In this document: piece by piece, positions 11,453-21,596 of the stretch
Layout of the letters: each line of letters begins with the position of its first letter
Numbering within the stretch: position 1 is the stretch's first letter
NCBI GenBank assembly: GCA_031375665.1
Contig: JANMII010000045.1
Coordinates: 1-43,784 of the forward strand
Direction of reading: 5' to 3'
DNA length: 43,784 nt
Origin: Hyphomicrobium sp.
GTDB taxonomy: Bacteria > Pseudomonadota > Alphaproteobacteria > Rhizobiales > Hyphomicrobiaceae
Program-made: the position numbers and the translations under genes
Notes under the pieces: model-generated
What the model was told of the DNA's origin: nothing
What the model saw: only the letters and a program-made list of their open reading frames with translations
The model's database searches: none

Positions 11453-12868
11453 GTGGCGACATCGTCAACATCGCTTGGAGCGCTTCGCAAGAGGTTACCG
11501 CAACGGCTCGTGCGCGGCATCGTCAACGCGCGTGAAAGCCAGTTGCGATTGGTGACAACGGTTCGTTTGCGTTGGGCCGCCGTACTTGGCCAGTTGACGG
11601 CGGTTGGCGTCATCACCGGCATCTATGGCTTTCCAATGCCGGTTGCCAGTTGCTTGATCCTGATCGCGATGTCGGCGTGGTTGAATGTATTTCTTGTCAT
11701 CCGCTATCCCGCGCGCCACCGCTTGAATACGCCGTTTGCAACTGGTCTGTTGCTGTATGATATTTTTCAATTGTCGGGACTGTTGTACTTTACCGGCGGA
11801 ATTGAAAACCCGTTCGTCGCGCTACTTGTCGCCCCCGTTACCGTGTCCGCCGCGACTTTGCCGCCGCGCTACACCATTGGTCTTGGCCTTGTCGTTATCG
11901 CCGTCGCGGTTTTACTGGTCACAAACTATCATCCGTTGCCGTGGTACCCCGGCATGCGCTTTGACCTTGAGCGCGACTACAAAATCGGCGTCTTGGTCGC
12001 GCTGGTCGCGAGCACATGTTTCATGTCGTTTTACACGTGGCGGCTCAACAAAGAGGCGCGCGAGATGTCGGCCGCATTGGCTGCGACCGATATGGTTCTG
12101 GCCAGCGAGCAGCGACTGCACGCCCTCGATGGGCTCGCCGCTGCCGCCGCCCACGAACTTGGAACACCTCTGTCGACGATCGTGCTCGTAGCAAAAGAGC
12201 TCGAACACGAGCTGGGCCCCGACAGCCGATACCGAGAAGATCTGCAACTGCTGCACGGGCAGGCCAAACGCTGTCGCGAAATTCTGCAAAAATTGACGCG
12301 GCGGCCGGATGAGCAAGATCCGATGCACGAAACCATTACGGTGCGCGAATTGCTCGACGAAGCGTGCGAACCTTATCGCCTGCGGGGGCGGCGGATCACG
12401 ATCGCAGCAACAGCCTTCGCTGATGCGGGTGAAGCGGGCCGCATTGAGCCGGTTGGCTATCGTCGGCCGGGCGTCATTTACGGTCTTGGCAACATCATTG
12501 AAAATGCAGTTGGGTTTGCAGCAACTGAGGTCCAGGTTTCTGCGCGCTGGAATAGCGACACCGTTGTGGTCAGCATAACCGACGATGGGCCGGGCTTTGC
12601 CGCCGACATCATGGATAACGTCGGCGAGCCCTACGTCAGCACACGCCGCTATGAAGACAAAGGCGACAAAGCCCACAGCGGATTGGGCCTTGGCTTCTTC
12701 ATCGCTAAAACGCTGCTCGAACGATCCGGCGCACTGATTAACTTTACCAATCAAGCCGATCCGCGGACCGGCGCGATCGTGCAAGCGGCCTGGCCTCGGT
12801 CGGCCTTCGAGGTTTCGCCCGATGCATTCGAATGGCCGGGTCGTCGCAAAGCTGTGGTTGTAACTTAA
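11453..12868 (+). CDS. regB: Redox-sensing histidine kinase RegB/PrrB/ActS
   Basis: LRWAAVLGQ; GGIENPF quinone-binding motif; AAAAHELGTPL H-box; AKRCREIL redox Cys; GLGLGFFIA. Confidence 0.96.
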   Translation: MATSSTSLGALRKRLPQRLVRGIVNARESQLRLVTTVRLRWAAVLGQLTAVGVITGIYGFPMPVASCLILIAMSAWLNVFLVIRYPARHRLNTPFATGLLLYDIFQLSGLLYFTGGIENPFVALLVAPVTVSAATLPPRYTIGLGLVVIAVAVLLVTNYHPLPWYPGMRFDLERDYKIGVLVALVASTCFMSFYTWRLNKEAREMSAALAATDMVLASEQRLHALDGLAAAAAHELGTPLSTIVLVAKELEHELGPDSRYREDLQLLHGQAKRCREILQKLTRRPDEQDPMHETITVRELLDEACEPYRLRGRRITIAATAFADAGEAGRIEPVGYRRPGVIYGLGNIIENAVGFAATEVQVSARWNSDTVVVSITDDGPGFAADIMDNVGEPYVSTRRYEDKGDKAHSGLGLGFFIAKTLLERSGALINFTNQADPRTGAIVQAAWPRSAFEVSPDAFEWPGRRKAVVVT

Positions 12869-13111
12869 GGGCGTTAACGACGGGCGGGCGCGCCAGTGAC
12901 AGGTAGCGCCCTAGAGGTTGCTGCAACTTGCAACTTTGACGCTTGTCAGGCCAACCTCACCACCCCGATCGCCGACCCCGTCACACGATAACCCGTCACC
13001 AGATAAACCGTGTCGGGTTTTACCCAAACTAACGGTTGCACCGCATCGGTCGGCAATAGATTATGCGGCGCTGAGAACAACCACAGGGGCTCAAGAACCC
13101 CGGAGGCCACC

Positions 13112-13678
13112 GTGACGACTGAAGATCTCTCCTTCAAGCAAGACGAACTGCCAGCCGATCGGTCGCTGGTCATCGTCGATGATGACCGCGCGTTCCTGCA
13201 GCGTCTGGTCCGAGCGATGGAGCTGCGTGGCTTCGAAGTACGCTTTGGCCACTCTGTTGCCGAGGGTGTCGAATTGATCCGCGAAAAGGCACCGGCTTTC
13301 GCTGTCGTCGACATGCGCCTGGAAGATGGCACGGGTCTCGATGTGATCGCAGAGCTTGCACGCGCCCGCCCTGACGCTCGCGCAATCGTGCTCACCGGTT
13401 ATGGCAACATCGCCACGGCGGTCAGCGCCGTTAAACTTGGCGCTGTCGATTATCTCGCCAAGCCAGCCGACGCCGACGATGTGACCGACGCTTTGCTGGC
13501 GCCGACCGATTCAAAAGCCCCGCCGCCTGACAATCCCATGTCGGCGGATCGCGTCCGTTGGGAACACATCCAGCGCGTCTATGAGCTGTGCAATCGTAAT
13601 GTGTCGGAAACGGCCCGTCGCTTGAACATGCATCGCCGAACCTTGCAGCGCATTCTCGCTAAGCGCGCGCCGAAGTAG
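13112..13678 (+). CDS. regA: Response regulator RegA/PrrA/ActR (GTG start inferred)
   Basis: LTGYGNIATAV and PMSADRVRWEHIQRVYELCNRNVSETARRLNMHRRTLQRILAKR signature. Confidence 0.97.
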   Translation: MTTEDLSFKQDELPADRSLVIVDDDRAFLQRLVRAMELRGFEVRFGHSVAEGVELIREKAPAFAVVDMRLEDGTGLDVIAELARARPDARAIVLTGYGNIATAVSAVKLGAVDYLAKPADADDVTDALLAPTDSKAPPPDNPMSADRVRWEHIQRVYELCNRNVSETARRLNMHRRTLQRILAKRAPK

Positions 13679-13740
13679 GCGTTGCCTTACAGCCCATTGC
13701 GAAATGGGCGACCGCCAACATTCACCAACGCGTGTCGATC

Positions 13741-14259
13741 TTAAAGCGATTGCGCCGGATCGTGTCCGTCGTGCAAACGCCGCGCCGCACCGCGTGCGAA
13801 TGACAGCGTCAAAGATTTGCGCCGAGGACCAGCGAGCGGGTGGGCCTCCGGCTCGCGCATGATTTCTCCGCCATAACCGTCCGCCAGGATGAGACCGGCG
13901 GACGATGGCAAAACCAATTGGGGGAAATCCGCACCGACGGCAAAATAGAAGCGGTCGCAGTAGTCCCGATACTCGGGCCACTTATGGTCCGCGCGGAAAT
14001 CGGCAATGCTCGATTTGATTTCAACGATAATCACGTCGCCACGCGGTCCGATGGCTAGAATGTCGGCGCGGCGCCCATTACCGAGCGAGACTTCCGTCAG
14101 TGACGCATAGTCTTTGGCCCTTAGCAGCCGTCGCGCGCCGCGGCAGATGATGCTGGCACGACGCAGAGCGAAAGCCGCATCCAATCCATTCAGTGCGACA
14201 GTCGGCGCCTGTTGGGGTTTGCCGATCTGATTGCCGTTGACGTCTGCGTGTCTCGTCAT
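13741..14259 (-). CDS. mmcB: MmcB family DNA repair protein
   Basis: GRRADI..IVEIKSSIADFRADHKWPEYRDYCDRFYFA; typical position convergent with regA. Confidence 0.9.
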   Translation of the reverse strand: MTRHADVNGNQIGKPQQAPTVALNGLDAAFALRRASIICRGARRLLRAKDYASLTEVSLGNGRRADILAIGPRGDVIIVEIKSSIADFRADHKWPEYRDYCDRFYFAVGADFPQLVLPSSAGLILADGYGGEIMREPEAHPLAGPRRKSLTLSFARGAARRLHDGHDPAQSL

Positions 14260-14433
14260 GGTGCCGCCATTTTAAGAGAACGATCATCCCGCCTAGCAGT
14301 GGCCGATCACTTTGGTGGGTGGGCCGCTGGCGTCAGTGTAATTTATCGGGCTATGGTCCGGGCACAGTATCAGTGCCTGGGGGCCGCTCAAGCAACGCAT
14401 TGCCGTTGCGAGTGGGGGAGGGGCAAGGGCGGC

Positions 14434-16038
14434 ATGATGTTTTGGCGGGCGAAATCATCTAGACCAACAGACGGTTCTTCGAACGGTCCATCGGACGGCT
14501 CATCAGATGGCCCTGGGTCAACAAAGACCGGAGCCGAAAAGAATAGCGTGTCTGTTCCGATCATTGCGCCAACTGGTGGCCCGACCGGTGGGCCAATCGT
14601 CGATGGCGTTACGTCGCCGTCGAGTGCTGGCAAATCTGTGACCGCAGACGGCGCACTTGGCACTCACGCGACGCCAACCGTGCAAAGTTCAACTACGCAA
14701 GCGGCTGGGCCCGCTGCCGCGGCCAACAACGTCGTGGCGTTGGTGTCGTCACGTCTGGCTGATCGTCTCGTCGATGTTGGTTTTGAGACCGTGCCGCTGA
14801 GCGGCTCCGATACCGCCGATCCGCTCGGGCCCGAGGCGCTCGAACTGCTCCGCCTGGCCATTGCTCAGGCTAAGTCCGGCGCTCACAGTCTGATCCTCGC
14901 GCCACCCGGTCCAGCGACCCGGTCGGCTGTGCATCAATTGGCTGAAACGCGCGCTGAAACGCTCGAAGCGCCGCCCGATTGGATTTACGTCCCCGATTGG
15001 GATCGACCAGGGCGGTTGATGCCGGTCGCCTTGCCCCATGGTGAGGGTGCGCGTTTCGTTGGCGATGCGAACTCGGCCCTAGAAAAATCTGCGGCGATGT
15101 TCGACCGCTTGGTCGCCAGTGATGATCATCGCTTGAGCGTTGAATTGCTCGATGAAGAATTCCGCCAACGCGGCGATAAAACAGTCGAAGGGTTGCGGCG
15201 TCGCGCTGAAGCCCAAAATATCGCTGTTATCAAATCGTTGAATGGCTACGTGCTCGCGCCGATGCACGAGGGTAAAGCCGTTCGCCCCGATGTGTTCCGC
15301 GCGTTGCCTGAGGGCTTGCAACGCGATGTCGAACACAAGATCACGACACTAGAGGCTGAACTGCACAGCTTGGTCGCGATGCTCCCCGAAGCTGAAATGG
15401 AGGCCGACGACAAGCACGCGGCCCTCATCCGGCAAGTGGCGTTGCGCGCCGTCAAACCAAACCTCGCCGTGTTGAAAAAAATGTATGCCAAAGCGCCGGG
15501 TGTGGCAGCCGTTGCCGATCGCCTTGAACAAGGATTTTTACAGCGCGCCGCGGCATTGGTGCGCAATCCGATTGGCGGCGCGACTGTCGCAACACTCTTC
15601 ACGCGCAGCCTCGGCGTGTTGATCGCCGACGGTGCCAGCGGCGCGCCGGTCGTGGTGTCGCGCAGTATCGCGCCGGAGGATTTTTCGGGCGAAATCGGTC
15701 GCGACGTGTTTGGCTCTCCTGCCATTCGGGCTGGTGATTTGATGCGCGCCAACGGTGGCATCTTGATCGTCGAAGCTTGGCGCTTGGTCGCTCTTCCGCA
15801 AACCTGGGCGGCGTTGAGTGCGGCGCTCGAAGCCCGCTTGTTGCAACCGAAAGCAGCCCCCGGATTGGCCGTCACCGCTGATCCCGTGCCGCTGTCGTTG
15901 ACACTGATCTTGATCGCCGACGCCGTGTCGTACAAAAAATTGGAAGCCATCGATCCAGGCCTCAGTCAGCATTTTTCACGCATTACTGACGTCGCTTCGC
16001 GCATTGCGATGGATGTTGGTGGCGACCGGTCGCGATGA
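14434..16038 (+). CDS. LonB-like AAA-domain protein, degenerate and lacking the protease domain
   Basis: PPDWIYV..F/W..P..LP.GEG and IRAGDLMRANGGILI..A segments typical of Lon-type AAA proteins; no GKT Walker A; the ORF ends before any Lon_C domain. Confidence 0.7.
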   Translation: MMFWRAKSSRPTDGSSNGPSDGSSDGPGSTKTGAEKNSVSVPIIAPTGGPTGGPIVDGVTSPSSAGKSVTADGALGTHATPTVQSSTTQAAGPAAAANNVVALVSSRLADRLVDVGFETVPLSGSDTADPLGPEALELLRLAIAQAKSGAHSLILAPPGPATRSAVHQLAETRAETLEAPPDWIYVPDWDRPGRLMPVALPHGEGARFVGDANSALEKSAAMFDRLVASDDHRLSVELLDEEFRQRGDKTVEGLRRRAEAQNIAVIKSLNGYVLAPMHEGKAVRPDVFRALPEGLQRDVEHKITTLEAELHSLVAMLPEAEMEADDKHAALIRQVALRAVKPNLAVLKKMYAKAPGVAAVADRLEQGFLQRAAALVRNPIGGATVATLFTRSLGVLIADGASGAPVVVSRSIAPEDFSGEIGRDVFGSPAIRAGDLMRANGGILIVEAWRLVALPQTWAALSAALEARLLQPKAAPGLAVTADPVPLSLTLILIADAVSYKKLEAIDPGLSQHFSRITDVASRIAMDVGGDRSR

Positions 16039-16892
16039 CAGCTCACGTCGCCGAGGCATCAGAAGGAAGCGGCCGCGTCTTGCTCTGGCTTGAGCCAGCA
16101 GTGCGTGCAGCCCCCCAAGCCCTTGCAGCGTCTGTGCGACTTGCGGCAGCCTACGGGTCGGAACTCGAAACCATCGAGGTCGATCCGCCCCATCTCGATT
16201 TCGGCACCGAGCTGCCGTTGGGCCGGGTCGGTTTCAAAGCGCCATTCGCCGTCATGTCCGCGCTTGATGAGCGTGCCTTGCGCCAAACCCTTGCCGACGG
16301 ACATCGGGCCGCAATTGATAACCTCGCGCAACCATTCGGCGTCCCGGTGCGTCACGGCCGGGCGGGTGGTGAGGCGATCGATCGCTTGGCGCATTTGTGC
16401 ACCGTGCGCGGCCCGTGGAACATCGTTGTCTTGGCGCGCGCGCCGTCGTTGGAACTCGCGTCCGTCGTGTCCAATGTTTTTGCCAACGTCAGCGGCGCAA
16501 CCGGCGTGCTGGTTGGTTCGCGTCGCGAGGTTGCATGGGCAGACCGGGTCGCGGTGGTGGTTGAGGATGGTGATCGTTTGCCATCGATGCTGCGCGCGGC
16601 CGAACGGCTGACCGGACCGCGCGGACATATTTACCTCGTCATCGCAGCCGTCACAAAAACGGCTTACGGCGACCTCGATGCGCAGGCTCGGCTTTTGACG
16701 CAAGATCAGTCGAACATAAGTTTCGAAGCGACCGGCCCAACGCTCGGTGTTGATGGGTCCCTCGACGAACAACTGTCTGGGTGTCGGCCCAGTCTCGTCA
16801 TCGCGCGCTTTGGCGGCCCGCTTTTGTCAGACGGGCGCGCGCTTTCGCGCTGCCTCGCAGTGACCGGTGCGCCGTTTTTGCTGGTGCGCTAA
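16035..16892 (+). CDS. Hypothetical protein, possibly tandem universal-stress-protein-like fold
   Basis: ATGA overlap with the upstream gene; N-terminal RVLLWLE..ALAASVRLAAAYGSEL and C-terminal PFLLVR resemble USP domains. Confidence 0.6.
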   Translation: MTAHVAEASEGSGRVLLWLEPAVRAAPQALAASVRLAAAYGSELETIEVDPPHLDFGTELPLGRVGFKAPFAVMSALDERALRQTLADGHRAAIDNLAQPFGVPVRHGRAGGEAIDRLAHLCTVRGPWNIVVLARAPSLELASVVSNVFANVSGATGVLVGSRREVAWADRVAVVVEDGDRLPSMLRAAERLTGPRGHIYLVIAAVTKTAYGDLDAQARLLTQDQSNISFEATGPTLGVDGSLDEQLSGCRPSLVIARFGGPLLSDGRALSRCLAVTGAPFLLVR

Positions 16893-16912
16893 CGGCTAGC
16901 CGCAGCCGCGGG

Positions 16913-17926
16913 CTACGATGCGGCGAAAAACGCCGACCCCGCATCAATGATCTGTGGGTCTTGTGCGCCAATTGCTTTCAGGTCGCGGCCCTCATAATCA
17001 ATGGCCAGCAATACCGCGCGGATCGTCTCCAACCGCGCGCGACGTTGATCGTTCGCGCGCACCATCAGCCACGGCGAAATGGTGGTGTGTGTGAAGCGGA
17101 ACATATCGATATGCGCTTTGGTGTAGTCGTCCCACTTGTCGAGCGCCGCAATATCAACGTCAGACAATTTCCATTGCTTGAGCGGATCGTGACGGCGCTC
17201 GTGGAACCGCATGATCTGCATTTCGCGGCCAATTTCGAGGAAAAACTTAAACAATCGAATGCCGTCGCGCACCAATAGCCCTTCAAACTCAGGCGCTTCA
17301 CGCAAGAACACCGCGAGTTGATCCTCGTTGCAAAACCCCATGACGCGCTCAACGCCGGCGCGATTGTACCAAGACCGGTCCAGCAGAACGATTTCGCCCG
17401 CAGTTGGCAGCTGGACGGCATAACGTTGGAAATAAAGCTGGCCGAGTTCCGTCTCGGTTGGTTTCGTCAGGGCGACGGTGCGGGTGTTGCGCGGATTGAG
17501 ATTTTCGCGAAACGCATTGATGCACGACCCCTTGCCAGCGCCGTCACGGCCTTCGTAGAGGCACACGATCCGGCCGCGGGTCTTAATGTTGTGGGATTGC
17601 AATTTCACCAGTTCGACTTGCAGCGCGTAAAGCTGTTCGTCATAAGCTTCGCGCTTCATGCGCTTTTCATACGGGTATCCGCCCGAAAGCATGGCGGCAT
17701 CATCGATCGACTTGGGCAGCTCTGGGCTGTGGATTGAAAAGTCTTTCGGCAGCGCCGTTGACTTTTTTGGTGGGGTCGCCTGGTCAACAGACTGACGTTG
17801 GCTCGGCGCAATCGCGGGCGTGGTGTCGCCAACGGTAACGATTGACGACGTTGCACCGCCCGATGGCGTGTCGTCCTTGGCTTTGGTGGCCGTTTTTTCT
17901 TTGTTACCGTTTTTATCTTTAGCCAT
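16913..17926 (-). CDS. ppk2: Polyphosphate kinase 2
   Basis: EGRDGAGKG, YFQRY, DRSWYNRAGVERVMGF and DPLKQWKLS motifs. Confidence 0.96.
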   Translation of the reverse strand: MAKDKNGNKEKTATKAKDDTPSGGATSSIVTVGDTTPAIAPSQRQSVDQATPPKKSTALPKDFSIHSPELPKSIDDAAMLSGGYPYEKRMKREAYDEQLYALQVELVKLQSHNIKTRGRIVCLYEGRDGAGKGSCINAFRENLNPRNTRTVALTKPTETELGQLYFQRYAVQLPTAGEIVLLDRSWYNRAGVERVMGFCNEDQLAVFLREAPEFEGLLVRDGIRLFKFFLEIGREMQIMRFHERRHDPLKQWKLSDVDIAALDKWDDYTKAHIDMFRFTHTTISPWLMVRANDQRRARLETIRAVLLAIDYEGRDLKAIGAQDPQIIDAGSAFFAAS

Positions 17927-18021
17927 CGGACCCTCACGCGTTGTCTTGTGGCCTGCCGCTGCTGCGGGTCTGCTGCGATTTAGCAGGCCGATCTAGCAGT
18001 ACGAACTCGTATTCGGGCAAT

Positions 18022-18060
18022 AAAAAAGGCCAGCAGCCCCCGCGCTGCTGACCTTTTTTG
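18022..18060. terminator. Intrinsic terminator downstream of gcrA (potentially bidirectional)
   Basis: AAAAAAGG-CCAGCAGC..GCTGCTG-ACCTTTTTT hairpin flanked by A6 and T6. Confidence 0.8.
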
Positions 18061-18100
18061 GCACTGTTCGGCTGCCCCCGCCGCCGATGACAGCGATCGT

Positions 18101-18655
18101 TTAGCGCGCGGTTTCCTTGACGGCTGCCGGTGGCGCAAGCGTCAGGCCGATCGGCATTTCGACCTCGGTGCGTTCGCGACGACGAGGCGATGCCGGCTGG
18201 AAAGCACGCCGAGCGTGATCCTGGCAATACGGCAGGCCGAGGACTTTAGTCCGACCGCAGAAGTGGAAGTCCGCCATCTGCGGATCGCCGATTGGCCATC
18301 TGCAGCTGCACTCGGTTAAGCTCTGAATGCTTTTGCGTTCAGCCATCGGAATGACGATTTCTTCAGCGGGCGGGATGTAGGCTTCTGTATCCAACGAATA
18401 CAGAGCGCGAACCGCCGGATTTCCAGCTTGCGCAAAGCGGGGTTTCGCGGCCCGCTTGGCGTTTGCGATGCGTGCGCGCGGGCGATGCGTTTTCATCCGC
18501 GAGGTGGTGGCGCGGCCTGATAGACCAAGGCGATGCACCTTGCCGATCACGGCGTTGCGGGTGACGCTTCCAAGGCGTCCGGCAATTTGGCTAGCGCTCA
18601 GTCCTTCCGACCAGAGCTTTTTCAAAAGGTCTACGCGATCATCGGTCCAAGACAT
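18101..18655 (-). CDS. gcrA: Cell-cycle regulator GcrA
   Basis: MSWTDDRVDLLKKLWSEGLSASQIA..VTRNAVIGKVHRLGL and CRWPIGDP..FCG..PYC..H; RBS GAGGAG; divergent from argD. Confidence 0.97.
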   Translation of the reverse strand: MSWTDDRVDLLKKLWSEGLSASQIAGRLGSVTRNAVIGKVHRLGLSGRATTSRMKTHRPRARIANAKRAAKPRFAQAGNPAVRALYSLDTEAYIPPAEEIVIPMAERKSIQSLTECSCRWPIGDPQMADFHFCGRTKVLGLPYCQDHARRAFQPASPRRRERTEVEMPIGLTLAPPAAVKETAR

Positions 18656-19166
18656 GCGTCTGTAGCTCCTCGTCGTGCCGCTGTTAAGCGGCGGCGCACC
18701 CCCCGGTGCCCGCGGAAATCCTGATCGCGACATTCGGCCTGACGCTGACGCAATAACGCGCCGCGTCTGAGGACAAACGTCCCGACGGGTGACAACGCAA
18801 AACTGATTGGAAACGCAAAAACTGAACTGGGAAGCAGTACAAAAACGCGCTGTTGAGAACGCGGCAGCTCCACAACGGGGAGTGCCAAAAGCGCGGACGA
18901 CCCTACTCACTTCGATATCCGGCGGCACAAACGCGCCCGCCGTATCTCGTAGGCCGGTAAGAGGAAATTACTACATGCTGAATCCTGCCTACAAGGCGAG
19001 GATGCAGTTTGAAGGCCATTGACAGGGAGACGTGACATGCCCGCCACAGATTGATTCGTGACGGTGGATATCGTTCGAGCGGCAACACGGCCGTCTTGCT
19101 TTTTTATCAATGATTGGCGTCGACCTCAACAACCTCAATGATTACGGGCTTTTTTGAGCGATCACG

Positions 19167-19195
19167 TTGACACAAAGGCGCCTGCGGCGTAATGT
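19167..19195 (+). promoter_or_regulatory. Sigma70-type promoter for argD-argF-hslO
   Basis: TTGACA (19167-19172), 17-nt spacer, TAATGT (19190-19195). Confidence 0.7.
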
Positions 19196-19208
19196 TGACA
19201 CTCTCAAG

Positions 19209-19233
19209 GCCGCCAAGAATGGGCGGCTTTTTT
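19209..19233 (+). terminator. Terminator-like hairpin in the argD leader
   Basis: GCCGCC-AAGAATG-GGCGGC followed by T6, 28 nt before the argD ATG. Confidence 0.6.
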
Positions 19234-19261
19234 GATTTTTAAGCACGAGGATCGCAAACCC

Positions 19262-20554
19262 ATGTCCGAGTCGTCTGCGGCTCGGGGGGCCATACCCACC
19301 ACCGCTCCCGTTGAAACCGCAGCACCCATCAGTGCGGCATCCACTGTGGTCATGGGCACTTATGCGCGCCAAGACGTTGTGTTCGCGCGCGGTGAGGGCG
19401 TCTGGTTGGTCGCAACTGATGGCGAGCGATACTTGGATTTCGGCTCGGGCGTCGCCGTCAACAATCTCGGCCACACCCATCCTCATTTGGTCGCGGCGCT
19501 GACGCGGCAGGCCCAAACGTTGTGGCACACGTCCAACCTGTACCGGGTCGAAGGCCAGGAAACGGTTGCCGCGCGCTTAGCTGACGTGACGTTTGCGGAA
19601 CGCGTGTTCTTCTGTAACTCGGGTGCTGAAGCGTGCGAAGGCGCCATTAAGATAGCCCGGCGCTATCATCATGTGTCAGGTCAGCCTGAACGCCAGCGCA
19701 TCATTACTTTTCAAGGCGCGTTCCATGGCCGGACGCTGGCGACAATCGCTGCCGGTGGGAATCCTAAATACATGGAGGGCTTCGCGCCCAACGCCGACGG
19801 CTTTGATGTCGTGCCGTTCGGTGATCACGACGCGCTCATCGCGGCGATCACGCCAGCGACCGCTGCCATCATGATCGAGCCGATCCAAGGTGAGGGCGGG
19901 GTTCGCTCCGTGCCCGCCCAGTGCCTGCAAGGGCTGCGGGCATTGTGTGACACGCATGGCTTGTTGTTGATTTTCGACGAAGTGCAAACCGGCGTCGGGC
20001 GTACCGGGAAAATGTTTGCGCATGAGTGGGCTGAAGTTACGCCCGATATCATGGCGATCGCCAAGGGCCTTGGTGGCGGGTTCCCTGTCGGCGCAGTCTT
20101 GGCGACGGCGGAAGCCGCCAAAGGCATGACGCCCGGAACCCACGGCTCGACGTTTGGTGGCAATCCCCTTGCGATGGCCGTCGCCGATGCCGTGCTTGAT
20201 GTGATGACGATGCCTGGTTTCTTCGACGATGTGCAGCGTCGCGCACTGCGCTTGAAACAGGGGCTTGCCAGTTTGAAAGATCGCTTCCCGACCGTCATCG
20301 ACGATGTCCGAGGCATGGGTTTCTTGACCGGTTTGAAGCTCAAACCCGACGTCCTGCCGGCAGCGCTCGTCAAGGCCGCGCTGGCTGAACGGCTGCTCCT
20401 CGTTGGTGCGGGTGACAACACCGTGCGCGTGGTGCCGCCGATCATTGCTGCTGAAAGCGAAATCGCCGACGGCGTAGAGCGTTTGTCGCGCGCACTCACC
20501 GAACTTGCCCGCAGCCATTCCGCCGGATTGAAGTCGACGCTCAAGCCTGCGTGA
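19262..20554 (+). CDS. argD: Acetylornithine aminotransferase
   Basis: [34 protein letters not shown] and HGSTFGGNP motifs; upstream of argF. Confidence 0.95.
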   Translation: MSESSAARGAIPTTAPVETAAPISAASTVVMGTYARQDVVFARGEGVWLVATDGERYLDFGSGVAVNNLGHTHPHLVAALTRQAQTLWHTSNLYRVEGQETVAARLADVTFAERVFFCNSGAEACEGAIKIARRYHHVSGQPERQRIITFQGAFHGRTLATIAAGGNPKYMEGFAPNADGFDVVPFGDHDALIAAITPATAAIMIEPIQGEGGVRSVPAQCLQGLRALCDTHGLLLIFDEVQTGVGRTGKMFAHEWAEVTPDIMAIAKGLGGGFPVGAVLATAEAAKGMTPGTHGSTFGGNPLAMAVADAVLDVMTMPGFFDDVQRRALRLKQGLASLKDRFPTVIDDVRGMGFLTGLKLKPDVLPAALVKAALAERLLLVGAGDNTVRVVPPIIAAESEIADGVERLSRALTELARSHSAGLKSTLKPA

Positions 20555-20615
20555 CACTCTGAACCGTTTGACACCCAAAACTGCTCGGATCCGAGCCAAA
20601 GAGACTTTCCGCGCT

Positions 20616-21560
20616 ATGCCGACGCCATCGACCGCACTTAAAAGCCCAAGGCACTTCCTCGATATTTGTGATCTCGACGCCAAATCCCTGCGCCGCATTC
20701 TCGATGCCGCTCATGCCATGAAAAAAGCCGGCAAGCGCGTGCCAGCTAACCTTCGGCCGAAAGATATCGCTGACGCTGTACTGGTGTTGATTTTCGAGAA
20801 GCCTTCAACGCGCACGCGGGTTTCGTTCGACATCGCCATGCGCCAGCTTGGTGGCGGCGCGTTATCGCTGAACCATACCGATTTGCAGCTCGGTCGCGGC
20901 GAATCTGTCGCTGACACCGCCCGCGTGCTGTCGCGCTATGCCGATGGCATCATGATCCGCGCCAATTCGCACGACACACTGTTGGAGCTTGCGCGCAACG
21001 CCACGATCCCGGTTATCAATGGCCTGACCGACAAAAGCCATCCATGTCAGGTGATGGCCGATCTCCAGACCTTCGAGGAATATCTCGGTCCGATCAAAGG
21101 CCGCACCGTGGCCTGGGTCGGCGATGGCAACAATGTCGCCGTGTCATGGATGCATGCAGCCGTTCGGTTCGGTTTCACGTTGCGGCTGGCGTGCCCGAAA
21201 TCGCTGTACCCCGAGGCCGAAGCGGTTGCTTGGGGTGTGCGCGAGAAAGGCATGATCTCGATCAGCGACGATCCCGACAAGGCCGTGCGCGGAGCCGATT
21301 GCGTGGTGACCGACACGTGGGTGTCGATGGGCCAATCGGATGCGGCTCGCCGCAAAAAACTGCTGGCACCGTATGCTGTCGATAGCGTTCTGATGCGCAA
21401 AGCCGCCAAGGGCGCTATCTTTATGCATTGCCTCCCAGCCTATCGTGGCCATGAGGTCGCGGCAGAGGTCTTGGACGGACCGCAATCGGTTGTTTTCGAT
21501 GAAGCTGAAAACCGGCTGCATGTGCAAAAAGCGATCATTGCCTGGTGCCTTGGCGCATAA
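20616..21560 (+). CDS. argF: Ornithine carbamoyltransferase
   Basis: [22 protein letters not shown] and AENRLH motifs. Confidence 0.97.
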   Translation: MPTPSTALKSPRHFLDICDLDAKSLRRILDAAHAMKKAGKRVPANLRPKDIADAVLVLIFEKPSTRTRVSFDIAMRQLGGGALSLNHTDLQLGRGESVADTARVLSRYADGIMIRANSHDTLLELARNATIPVINGLTDKSHPCQVMADLQTFEEYLGPIKGRTVAWVGDGNNVAVSWMHAAVRFGFTLRLACPKSLYPEAEAVAWGVREKGMISISDDPDKAVRGADCVVTDTWVSMGQSDAARRKKLLAPYAVDSVLMRKAAKGAIFMHCLPAYRGHEVAAEVLDGPQSVVFDEAENRLHVQKAIIAWCLGA

Positions 21561-21596
21561 TCGCCGCCTGTCGTCTTCAAAGGGCTGATCGCCGAT

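Noticed and set aside
11912-12784. 290-aa minus-strand ORF
   Set aside because: Antisense to regB; typical high-GC shadow frame
12860-12880. TTAA-GGGCG-TTAAC as a CtrA box
   Set aside because: Spacer is 5 nt rather than 7, and the motif overlaps the regB stop codon
18656-18928. N-terminal extension of GcrA in the ORF track
   Set aside because: The family starts at MSWT (18655), which has a good RBS; the extension looks non-coding
19676-20698. 340-aa and 249-aa minus-strand ORFs
   Set aside because: Antisense shadows of argD
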